Shown one piece after another: positions 8,131 to 17,501 of a stretch of 17,501 nucleotides of DNA. The position numbers and the translations under genes are program-made. Numbering within the stretch: the stretch's first letter is position 1; each line of letters begins with the position of its first letter. Origin of the DNA: Vulcanimicrobiota bacterium. Lineage in GTDB: Bacteria > Vulcanimicrobiota > Vulcanimicrobiia > Vulcanimicrobiales > Vulcanimicrobiaceae. The DNA lies in NCBI GenBank assembly GCA_963786105.1, contig CAWAXX010000026.1, positions 1 to 17,501 on the forward strand, in the 5' to 3' direction. The notes under the pieces were generated by a model that was given only the letters and a program-made list of their open reading frames with translations, was not told where the DNA came from and ran no database searches.

Positions 8131-8976
8131 GTGCGCGACCCCAACGTTCCCGAATCGCTCGAAGGATGGTGGATCCTCCACAGGATGTTCTCGCTGGACC
8201 GGCGGACGTGGGACGGGCTGCCGGAGAAGCGTCGCAACAAGTATGCGGGCCACGCGATCGACTTGGTCGACCACCTCAAGAACAGCGACGACGGCGACCT
8301 CGGCCTCACGCAGATCGTGGGCCATAAGGGCGACCTGATGCTGACGCACTACGCGCGCACGTTCGACGACTTGGCGTACGCCCAGACGCTGGTCGAGAAG
8401 CTCGAGTTGCGCGAGTTTTTGCGCCCGCTCGGGTCGTACGTGTCGGTGCTCGAAATCGGGCTGTACGACGCCACCGGAAAAATTCACGCCGAGCTGAACG
8501 CGCGCGAGCTTCCGCCGCAATCGCCGGAGTGGATCGCCGGCTTCGACGAGCTCGTGCGCAAGCAGAAAGAGAACCCGCATATCACGGCGCGCCTGTGGGC
8601 CAAAATTCCACAGCGCCGCTACGCGTGTTTCTATCCGATGAGTAAGCGGCGCGGCGAAGTACAGAACTGGTATATGCTCGGGTTCGACACGCGCGCCAAA
8701 ATGATGAGCGAACACGGCGTCGTCGGGCGATCGTACCACGGGCAAGTCACGCAAGTGATCTCCGGCTCGGCCGGCTTCGACGACTTCGAATGGGGCGTCG
8801 ACCTCTACGCCGACGATCCCCTGGTCTTCAAGAAACTCGTGTACGAAATGCGTTTCGACGAGGCCAGCGCGCGCTACGGCGAGTTCGGCGCCTTCTGGGC
8901 CGGCCTTCAGTTCTCACCCGCGGAGCTCTCGGCGTTCCTTAACGGGGACGCAGTCCCGCAACTCATCGCCGAATAA
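8131..8976 (+). CDS. hemQ: Coproheme decarboxylase / chlorite-dismutase-family heme protein
   Basis: EGWWILH, GHKGDLML, SYVSVLEI, FYPMSKRR..NWYML, MM.EHG..GR.Y, QVISGS.GFDDFEWGV.L, KLVYEMRFDEASARYGEFG.F. Confidence 0.85.
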   Translation: MRDPNVPESLEGWWILHRMFSLDRRTWDGLPEKRRNKYAGHAIDLVDHLKNSDDGDLGLTQIVGHKGDLMLTHYARTFDDLAYAQTLVEKLELREFLRPLGSYVSVLEIGLYDATGKIHAELNARELPPQSPEWIAGFDELVRKQKENPHITARLWAKIPQRRYACFYPMSKRRGEVQNWYMLGFDTRAKMMSEHGVVGRSYHGQVTQVISGSAGFDDFEWGVDLYADDPLVFKKLVYEMRFDEASARYGEFGAFWAGLQFSPAELSAFLNGDAVPQLIAE

Positions 8977-9132
8977 CGACGCTTCATCCGAAGCGCGTGC
9001 CACCTTCGGGACGTTCGCGTTTTCGCGTCCGTGCGAAAACGCTACTGCCTGGCGCGTCGCTCCCGGCATCCGTGCCTCCGCTCCGCCTCCAGAGCCCCTC
9101 AGGTTGGCACGCGCTTTGGATGAAGCGTTGTT
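8975..9132. repeat. Element copy B: 28-bp inverted arms around the full 102-nt core, no outer REP pair
   Basis: 8975-9002 pairs with 9105-9132 (26 Watson-Crick + 2 G.T). Core 9003-9104 differs from the reverse complement of 16616-16718 by 5 substitutions and 1 indel. Confidence 0.9.
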
Positions 9133-9137
9133 TATGG

Positions 9138-9590
9138 CTACAGTTTCTTAAAGAAGAACACTTCGGGGTCGCCGGGGTCGAGATTTTCGAGCCGGCCGAC
9201 CGGCACGAAGCCGCGTTTTGCGAGCAGTTGCTGCATGGTGGCATTGGATTCGTTCGTCGAGGTATAGATGCCGTGGCCGGCGTTGAGCTGTTCGACGTGC
9301 TCGATGAGTTTGGACGCGACCCCGAGATGCTGATGGGCCGGATCCACGCCGAGCATCCAGAGAAACGATCGGGCGTAAAAGCCGCGATCCCACACCACGA
9401 AGCCGGCGATGGCTCCGTCGATCTCGGCCACCAGACACTCCTTTGACCCTAACGCGTGCCGAATGAACGAGAGGTGATGCTCGTAATGCAATGCATGTGG
9501 CATCTTTTCGAGGATAGGGAACTCGGCTTGCTGGGCTTTGCGGACGTGCATCCACGCCGCTGCGACGGCTTGGTAGGCCTTCCCTTTCAC
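9138..9590 (-). CDS. GNAT family N-acetyltransferase
   Basis: LVAEIDGAIAGF, LGVDPAHQHLGVASKL (motif A), N.TMQQLLAKRGF; the true start may be the ATG at 9551. Confidence 0.88.
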   Translation of the reverse strand: MKGKAYQAVAAAWMHVRKAQQAEFPILEKMPHALHYEHHLSFIRHALGSKECLVAEIDGAIAGFVVWDRGFYARSFLWMLGVDPAHQHLGVASKLIEHVEQLNAGHGIYTSTNESNATMQQLLAKRGFVPVGRLENLDPGDPEVFFFKKL

Positions 9591-9596
9591 GAATCA

Positions 9597-11132
<1,536 letters not shown>

Positions 11133-11211
11133 ATCGCGTCTCCTCTGCGCGCAGCGGCGTCAGTAACTAGGGACGCAAGAGGACAGTCTGCACGCGGGCC
11201 GTAACGCGCGC

Positions 11212-12996
11212 GTGATGCTGCTGACGAGACTCGATTGGTTCATCATCGCGCTCTCGCTCGGCGTGACGTTCATCCCCGCAATCGTGCTGGCGCGCCGTGC
11301 CGGGCGCAACATCACGGAGTTTTTCGCTGCCGGCCGGCAAGCGCCGTGGTGGCTGATCGGCATCTCGCTGGTGGCGACGACGTTTTCGACCGATACGCCG
11401 AACCTGGTGACGAACTTAGTTCGCGACGGCGGCGTTGCGGAGAACTGGGTGTGGTGGTCGTTCTTGCTCACGGGCTTGGCGACCGTGTTCTTCTACGCGC
11501 GGCTGTGGCGGCGCAGCGGCGTGCTGACCGACCTCGAGTTCTACGAGCTGCGGTATTCCGGCCGCGCTGCATCGTTCGTCCGCGGCTTCCGGGCAATTTA
11601 TCTCGGACTCTTTTTCAACTGCGTGATCATCGCGAGCGTGAATCTCGCGGCGGTCAAGATCGCAAGCGTGCTCTTCGGGTGGCCGCGGCTCGAAACGCTG
11701 CTCCTGCTGGCCGCCGTGCCGATAGTATTTGCCGCAACGGCCGGTTTATGGGGCGTCATGGTCACCGACACGATCCAGTTCTGTATTACGATCACGTCAG
11801 CGTTCGCGGCTGCGTACTTCGCGATTCACGCGCCGGGCGTCGGCGGTCTGCACGGCCTGATCGCCCACTTTGGCGGACCTCAAGCCGGCCTGCTGTCGTT
11901 CATCCCGAATTTCAAAGATTGGCCGACGGCGCTCGCGATCTTCATCATCCCGTTGACGGTGCAGTGGTGGTCGGTCTGGTATCCCGGCGCGGAACCAGGC
12001 GGCGGCAGTTACGTCGCACAGCGCATGCTGGCGGCTCGCACCGAATCCGACGCGCTCTACGGAACGCTCGCGTTTCAAGCGATGCACTACGCCTTGCGCC
12101 CGTGGCCCTGGATCGTCGTAGCGCTGGCTTCCACGATCGTCTATCCATCGCTGCACGACATTGCGTTGCGGTTTCCGTCCGTGCAAGCCGGTTTGATCGG
12201 CAACGACATCGCCTATCCGGCGATGCTGGTTTTCCTGCCGGCGGGTTTTGCGGGATTCATGGTCGCCGGTCTCTTCGCGGCATATCGCTCGACGATCGAA
12301 ACGCACCTCAACTGGGGCACGTCGTATCTCGTCCACGATTTCTATCAGCGCTTCATTCGGCCGCATTCGAGCCAGCGCGAGCTGGTTTTTGCCGGGCGCC
12401 TGGTTACGGTGCTCCTGATGGCTGCGGGCGTCGCGTTTTCGCTTTCGCTGGACACCGCAAAGGACGCATTTAACCTGCTGCTTTCGATCGGCGCGGGAAC
12501 CGGTTTGATCTACTTGTTGCGCTGGTTCTGGTGGCGCATCAACGCCTGGAGCGAAGTGAGCGCGATGTTTTCCTCATTCGTGGTATCGCTCGCGTTTTTC
12601 GCTGCCGGCAAGATGGGGCACGCGTTTGCAAGCACCACGATCTTACTCGTTACCGTGGCGGTGACCACCATCGTGTGGCTGGTCGTCACCTATGCGACGC
12701 CGCCGGTAGAAGCACGTACCTTGGCCGCGTTTTACGATAAAGTACGGCCTGCAGGTCCCGGATGGACGACCGTCCGCAAGGCCGGAGGGCTGCCTCCGTC
12801 GCCGGATTCTCCGGCCCAAGCGCTGCTTGGCTGGGTCTTGGGACTGGCGGCAATCTACGGCGCGCTCTTCGCTACCGGGGAGTTCGTCTACGGCCGCCCA
12901 ATCGGCGGCTCGGTATGGTCAGTGGTCTCGGCGGCGAGCATTTTCGGCTTAATTACGCTTGGAAGACGCCTCTTCTCCACAGATTGCACAAGATGA
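11212..12996 (+). CDS. Sodium:solute symporter (SSS) family protein
   Basis: EFFAAGR.APWW..G.S.VATTFSTDTP, GLWGVMVTD..QF, YVAQRMLAA, STIETHLNWGTSYLVHDFY, RWFWWRINAWSE; many hydrophobic segments; start GTG 11212 or ATG 11215. Confidence 0.92.
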   Translation: MMLLTRLDWFIIALSLGVTFIPAIVLARRAGRNITEFFAAGRQAPWWLIGISLVATTFSTDTPNLVTNLVRDGGVAENWVWWSFLLTGLATVFFYARLWRRSGVLTDLEFYELRYSGRAASFVRGFRAIYLGLFFNCVIIASVNLAAVKIASVLFGWPRLETLLLLAAVPIVFAATAGLWGVMVTDTIQFCITITSAFAAAYFAIHAPGVGGLHGLIAHFGGPQAGLLSFIPNFKDWPTALAIFIIPLTVQWWSVWYPGAEPGGGSYVAQRMLAARTESDALYGTLAFQAMHYALRPWPWIVVALASTIVYPSLHDIALRFPSVQAGLIGNDIAYPAMLVFLPAGFAGFMVAGLFAAYRSTIETHLNWGTSYLVHDFYQRFIRPHSSQRELVFAGRLVTVLLMAAGVAFSLSLDTAKDAFNLLLSIGAGTGLIYLLRWFWWRINAWSEVSAMFSSFVVSLAFFAAGKMGHAFASTTILLVTVAVTTIVWLVVTYATPPVEARTLAAFYDKVRPAGPGWTTVRKAGGLPPSPDSPAQALLGWVLGLAAIYGALFATGEFVYGRPIGGSVWSVVSAASIFGLITLGRRLFSTDCTR

Positions 12997-13085
12997 AGTC
13001 GCATGCTGTGGACAACGGAGGCCAGCGTTCGACGCGTGCCCAAGCACCAGTCTGGCACTCCGACCGCCCTTCGAGGAGCACAAAT

Positions 13086-14024
13086 TTGACGAATTATCTT
13101 CGGATCGCTTCAGTATTTGCGCTGTGTTTCGCGGCGGCAGCGTGTTCGCACGCCGCCTCCGGAGGCTCGGTTGCCTCGGGTGCTAAAACGATTGGCGTTT
13201 CGATTCAGAATCGTGAGGCGCAGTTCTATCAAGATATGGAAGCCGGCATGCGCGCCGAGGCCGCAAAATACGGCTATACCTTGGTGGTGGTCGACGCGAA
13301 TCGCGACAACGCCAAGCAGCAGAGCCAAGTCGAGGACTTCGTCTCCAAGAAGACCGACGCCATCGTTTTGACGCCGTACGATTCGCAAGCGATCGGCAGC
13401 GCGATCGTCGAGGCCAACAACGCCGGAATACCGGTCTTTACGGCCGACATCGCCAACACCAGCAACGAAGGTAAAGTCGTGGCGCACATCGCAAGCGACA
13501 ACGTCCAAGGTGGTTTCCAAGCCGGCAAGCTGATCTGTCAGGCGGTCGGAAACGGCGGTGCGGTCGCGATCGTCGACGAGCCCGAAGTCACCAGCGTCCA
13601 GGATCGCGTCAAGGGTTTCAAACAAGCGCTCGCGCAGCTCTGCCCGTCGGTGACCATCGTCGCCGACGTCGATTCCGGCGGCACGCGAACGAAAGCCAGC
13701 AGCGATACCGGCGACATCCTGCAAGCGCACAAAAACATCAAAGGCATCTTCGGCATCAACGACGACTCGGCGCTCGGCGCGGTGACCGCCGTCAAAGCTG
13801 CGGGCATGACCGGGAAGGTGGCCATCGTCGGTTACGATGCGACGCCGGAAGCGCGCGCGGCGATCGCCGCCGGTTCGATGTACGGCGATGCGATTCAGTT
13901 CCCAAAGAAGATCGGCGCGACGACGATCGACGTCATCCACGATTACTTTGCCGGCACGTCGCCCGCGCCGATCGTCAAGATCGCCGTCGGTACGTACACG
14001 CAGGCCGACGCCAATAAACCTTAG
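13086..14024 (+). CDS. Sugar ABC transporter substrate-binding lipoprotein (RbsB-like)
   Basis: GAGGAG SD at 13073-13078, TTG at 13086; lipobox AAA-C; ANNAGIPVFTAD, IASDN..GG, IFGINDDSALGA, IVGYD. Confidence 0.88.
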   Translation: MTNYLRIASVFALCFAAAACSHAASGGSVASGAKTIGVSIQNREAQFYQDMEAGMRAEAAKYGYTLVVVDANRDNAKQQSQVEDFVSKKTDAIVLTPYDSQAIGSAIVEANNAGIPVFTADIANTSNEGKVVAHIASDNVQGGFQAGKLICQAVGNGGAVAIVDEPEVTSVQDRVKGFKQALAQLCPSVTIVADVDSGGTRTKASSDTGDILQAHKNIKGIFGINDDSALGAVTAVKAAGMTGKVAIVGYDATPEARAAIAAGSMYGDAIQFPKKIGATTIDVIHDYFAGTSPAPIVKIAVGTYTQADANKP

Positions 14025-14034
14025 CGGACCGACG

Positions 14035-15543
14035 TTGCCAAACGATGCGGCTCCGTTGCTCGAAATGCGCGGCATCGGAAAGACCTTCCCCGGCGTCCGC
14101 GCGCTGTCGGACGTCTCGCTGACGTTGAACGCGGGCGAAGTGCTCGTGCTGGTGGGCGAAAACGGTGCCGGAAAATCGACCCTGGTGAAGATCCTGGCCG
14201 GAGCGCAGCCGGCCGACGAAGGCGAGATTCTCGTCGACGGAAGTCCGGTGCGAATCGATTCTCCGTACGCCGCCGAGCGGCTCGGAATCGGCATGATCTA
14301 TCAAGAGTTCACGCTGGTACCGCAGCTGAGCGCGCCGGAAAACATCGCGCTCGGTGCCGAACCGATGCGCGGCCCGTTCATCGACGAGCGAGCGGTGCGC
14401 GAGCGGGCGTCTACGGAGTTAAAGGAACTGGGGCTCGATCTGCCGCTGGACATTCCGGTGTCGCGGATGTCGGTCGGCCAGCAACAACTCGTCGAAATCG
14501 CTAAAGCGTTGGCGCGAAACGCGCGCATCCTCGTGATGGACGAACCGACCGCCGCGCTGAGCGGCCGCGAGATCGAGCGGCTCTTCGCGATAATCGACCG
14601 CTTGAAAGCCGCCGGTGCCGGCATCATTTACATCTCGCATCGCATGGACGAGCTGCCGCGGATAGCCGATCGCGTAACGGTACTGCGCGACGGAAAAGCG
14701 GTAGAAACGCGCGCCGCCGCCGATTTTCCCACCGACGAAATCATCCACGCGATGGTCGGGCGGCAGGTCGACGCGCATTACCCCGAGTTGCCGCCGGTCG
14801 CGCCCGATGCGAAGGTGGTGCTCGACGTACGCAATCTCGCGCGCAAGCCGTTGGTTCGCGACGTCACGTTTTCGGTGCGCGCGGGTGAGGTCGTCGGTCT
14901 TGCCGGTTTGGTCGGCGCCGGCCGCACCGAGATCGTTCGCGCCATCGCCGGTGCCGACGTCCCCGAGCGCGGCGAAATCGCCATCGACGGCGAGCGCGTG
15001 CGCGTGCGCGCGCCCGAAGACGGGATCGAAGCCGGCATTGCGTTCATCACCGAGGACCGCAAGGCGCAAGGGCTGGTGCTGGGCATGACCGTTCGCGAGA
15101 ACATTACGCTCGCGCATCTGGCGGAGTTCGTCGCGCGCGACCGTTTGATCGACCGCCGGCGCGAGCGCGAGGCCGCCGGCGCCATGGTCGCCGAGCTTCG
15201 GATCCGGACGCCCGGAAGCGAGCAGATCGTCCGCAATCTGTCGGGTGGGAATCAGCAGAAGGTCGTGCTCGCAAAATGGCTGCTCGGCAAGGCCCGCGTG
15301 TTCTTGTTCGACGAGCCGACGCGCGGTATCGACATCGGAGCGAAGGCCGAAATTTACAACCTGATGCTCGAACTGGCCGCTCGCGGAGCGGCCATCGTCA
15401 TGGTTTCGAGCGACCTCCCGGAGGTGCTCGGAATGTCGCATCGGGTTCTCGTGATCCGCGGCGGAACGATCGTCAGCGAGTTGGCGCGAGCCGAGGCAAC
15501 GCCGGATCGGGTTATCGCAGTCGCCACCGGAGCGGCAGCGTGA
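14035..15543 (+). CDS. Sugar ABC transporter ATP-binding protein (RbsA/MglA-like, two ABC domains)
   Basis: GENGAGKST, MDEPTAAL, YISHRM, GLVGAGRTE, LSGGNQQKV, DEPTRGID; start TTG 14035 (or ATG 14065). Confidence 0.93.
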   Translation: MPNDAAPLLEMRGIGKTFPGVRALSDVSLTLNAGEVLVLVGENGAGKSTLVKILAGAQPADEGEILVDGSPVRIDSPYAAERLGIGMIYQEFTLVPQLSAPENIALGAEPMRGPFIDERAVRERASTELKELGLDLPLDIPVSRMSVGQQQLVEIAKALARNARILVMDEPTAALSGREIERLFAIIDRLKAAGAGIIYISHRMDELPRIADRVTVLRDGKAVETRAAADFPTDEIIHAMVGRQVDAHYPELPPVAPDAKVVLDVRNLARKPLVRDVTFSVRAGEVVGLAGLVGAGRTEIVRAIAGADVPERGEIAIDGERVRVRAPEDGIEAGIAFITEDRKAQGLVLGMTVRENITLAHLAEFVARDRLIDRRREREAAGAMVAELRIRTPGSEQIVRNLSGGNQQKVVLAKWLLGKARVFLFDEPTRGIDIGAKAEIYNLMLELAARGAAIVMVSSDLPEVLGMSHRVLVIRGGTIVSELARAEATPDRVIAVATGAAA

Positions 15544-16541
15544 ACGATCGCGAGCGCCGCATATACTGGCTGCGCATCGGCGGGGCCGCGCTGTTCTTGG
15601 TAGCGATGATCGTCGTGGTGAACGTCGCGTCGCACGGATCGTTCCTCGAACCAACAAACATCGTCCGCGTCCTGCGGCAGATTACCTACAACTGCGTGCT
15701 GGGCGTGGGCCAGACGTTCGTCATCATCACCGGAGGCATCGATCTCTCGGTCGGATCGCTGGTGGCCTTGACCGGCGTCGTGGCGGCGCTTTTTGCCAAC
15801 ACGCTGCACTTGAGCGGATTTCCGTTGATCGCCGCCACGCTGATCGTGGCGATCGCGGTCGGCGGCGCCGCCGGATGGTTCAACGCGCTGCCCGTCGTCA
15901 AACTCAATCTGCCGCCGTTCATCACCACCCTCGCCATGCTCGAGATGGCGCTTGGGCTATCGTTTATTCTCGCGCACGGGCGGCCGGTGGCGCTGCAGAG
16001 TTCGGATTTTCAGAACACCGGCATCGGCTCGTTTCTCGGCGGCGTCACCTCGGCGCTGCACCTCCCGAGCATTCCGATACCCGTCATTTGGATGGTCGTC
16101 ATCATCGTCGGGGCATCCGTACTGCTCACGCGCACCCGCTTTGGGCGGTACGTCTTTGCAATCGGCGGCAACGAGGAAGCGGCGCGGCTAGCCGGCATCA
16201 ACGTCGCCCGCGTTAAGACGATGGTCTACGTCATCAGCGGAGTCTGCGCGGCGATCGTCGGGTTCCTCTACATGGCGCTGTTCTCGTCCGGCTCGCCCCA
16301 GACCGGAACCGGTGACGAGCTGCTCGAGTCGATTGCGGCCGTCGTCGTCGGCGGGACCAGCCTCACCGGCGGACGCGGCAGCATCGTCGGCACGTTTTTC
16401 GGCGCACTGCTCATCGGCGTGCTATACAACGCCATGAACCTTTTGAACGTCGACTCGTACTTACAGAAAGTCGTCCTCGGCGCCGTCATCCTGCTCGCCG
16501 TCGTGCTGGACGAGCTCCGCAAGCGCTACCTGTCGGCCTAA
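15540..16541 (+). CDS. Sugar ABC transporter permease (RbsC-like)
   Basis: GQTFVIITGGIDLSVGS, PPFITTL, TRFGRYVFAIGGNEEAARLAGI, IAAVVVGGTSL.GG.G; GTGA overlap with the ATPase stop. Confidence 0.93.
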   Translation: MNDRERRIYWLRIGGAALFLVAMIVVVNVASHGSFLEPTNIVRVLRQITYNCVLGVGQTFVIITGGIDLSVGSLVALTGVVAALFANTLHLSGFPLIAATLIVAIAVGGAAGWFNALPVVKLNLPPFITTLAMLEMALGLSFILAHGRPVALQSSDFQNTGIGSFLGGVTSALHLPSIPIPVIWMVVIIVGASVLLTRTRFGRYVFAIGGNEEAARLAGINVARVKTMVYVISGVCAAIVGFLYMALFSSGSPQTGTGDELLESIAAVVVGGTSLTGGRGSIVGTFFGALLIGVLYNAMNLLNVDSYLQKVVLGAVILLAVVLDELRKRYLSA

Positions 16542-16545
16542 CAGC

Positions 16546-16807
16546 CGCGTCTTAAGCGGGGAAAGCGATGATGAGCGCAGTCGAAAATGGCTGCGTCGAT
16601 GGGAATTATCCGCTAACCTGAGGGCGTCTGGACGCGGAGCGGAGGCATGGATGCCGGGAGCGACGCGCCAGCCGAGTAGCGTTTTCGCACGGACGCGAAA
16701 ACGCGAACGTCCCGAAGGTGGCGGATAATTCCCATCGACGCCGTCCTTCGACTGCGGCGCTTCGCGCCTCCGCTCAGGATGACAGGGGCCCTCCGCTCAG
16801 GATGACG
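16546..16807. repeat. Element copy C (inverted relative to A and B): decayed REP, 23-bp arms around a 103-nt core, intact REP, extra half-REP
   Basis: Arms 16593-16615 / 16719-16741; core 16616-16718; TCCTTCGACTGC...GCTCAGGATGACA at 16744-16784; second CTCCGCTCAGGATGACG at 16791-16807. Confidence 0.9.
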
Positions 16808-16816
16808 TGGGGCGAG

Positions 16817-17497
16817 CTAGAACGGGAAGTCGTTTTGCGTTAATCCGACGTTGGTTTTGAGATCGGTGATGCTTTCGTCGAGAACGATTTGTGAGCCGGC
16901 GTACAGGATTTGGCGGATCGGCCAGTGCGTTTCCTGAGAGAGGTAGAGAATCTGTTGCGAGATTCCGTCGTTGCTGGCGGGATCGGCGACTTTGAGTTCG
17001 AGCCGATCGGTCAGGACGCCGCCGATCTTGCCGCCGGGCGCTTGGCTTAGCGTTCCGGATATCGTCGCGTACCGGTGCACGACATTTTGGATCAAGCCTT
17101 CCGGAATCGTCACGCCGCGCAGCGAAACCGCGCGAGAATCGTGGATGCTCACCTTAAGATGAATGCCGGAGAGCATGCCCCCTTGATGACCGCTGACTTG
17201 ATCGCCGCCGGCCCACACGCCGCCGGATCCCCGGCCGTCTCCCGACTCGATGAGCGTCTTCGCAAAGTGCGGCTTCATGAACCACACTTGATAGACGCGG
17301 TCTTGGGTGGCCGACCCCTTGACTTCGTGCACGCGCTCCTTGCACGAGTAGTCGTTGGTCGCTGCGAAGGCTTGATCGAATGCCGTTATTGCGGGTGCCG
17401 TGTTGTCGGCGCGTGCCGCGGACGAGAGTCCGAACGCGACGAACAGCGCGATCGACGCGGCTGCAACGTATGAAGAAAGGATGAACCGATTGCGCAT
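16817..17497 (-). CDS. Secreted hypothetical protein, possibly LolA-like fold
   Basis: 226-aa ORF with Sec signal peptide (MRNRFILSS...SSAARA-D) and a beta-rich pattern ending in ...N.GL....FPF; the fold assignment is tentative. Confidence 0.65.
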   Translation of the reverse strand: MRNRFILSSYVAAASIALFVAFGLSSAARADNTAPAITAFDQAFAATNDYSCKERVHEVKGSATQDRVYQVWFMKPHFAKTLIESGDGRGSGGVWAGGDQVSGHQGGMLSGIHLKVSIHDSRAVSLRGVTIPEGLIQNVVHRYATISGTLSQAPGGKIGGVLTDRLELKVADPASNDGISQQILYLSQETHWPIRQILYAGSQIVLDESITDLKTNVGLTQNDFPF

Positions 17498-17501
17498 TGT
17501 T

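Noticed and set aside
9003..9104. tRNA or retron msr-msd interpretation of the core
   Set aside because: No T-loop, anticodon arm or CCA pattern and no reverse transcriptase in the window; a trans-acting enzyme cannot be excluded
8984..9446. ORFs 8984-9244 (-) and 8997-9446 (+) across element B
   Set aside because: They are shadow frames of the GNAT gene and the repeat, with no recognisable motifs; the frame is broken by an indel in copy C
11141..11183. Imperfect inverted repeat that could mask the comM SD
   Set aside because: Only 9 bp with a bulge in GC-rich DNA; compatible with chance
11235..15657. Long alternative-frame and antisense ORFs (e.g. 11235-12473, 13110-14294, 14419-15657)
   Set aside because: Arg/Ala-rich shadow ORFs expected from high-GC codon bias over well-supported genes

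Overview
GC-rich bacterial chromosomal window of mostly housekeeping genes. A minus-strand run (dprA, rlmH, argS, putative GT-C membrane protein, tandem DUF333-like lipoprotein) diverges from a plus-strand run (49-aa Zn-ribbon protein, nrdR, dut, ketopantoate-reductase-like gene, chdC/hemQ). Next come a minus-strand comM/yifB-GNAT pair, a plus-strand sodium:solute symporter, a RbsBAC-like sugar ABC operon and a minus-strand secreted protein. The most unusual signal is non-coding: three copies (24-260, 8975-9132, ~16546-16807) of a dispersed nested element. Each has a conserved ~102-nt multi-hairpin, GGA-rich core (copy A keeps only half) closed by long inverted arms whose sequence differs in every copy; two copies are further wrapped in a polar pair of YGTCATCCTGAG REP-like repeats. 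Also notable: nrdR has no canonical start codon and appears to start at CTG coupled to an 8-codon uORF, behind a near-consensus sigma70 promoter carrying NrdR boxes; ArgRS has VVVQ in place of HIGH; DnaA-box-like sites lie upstream of the sugar ABC operon. All calls come from reading the sequence by eye; no searches were run.
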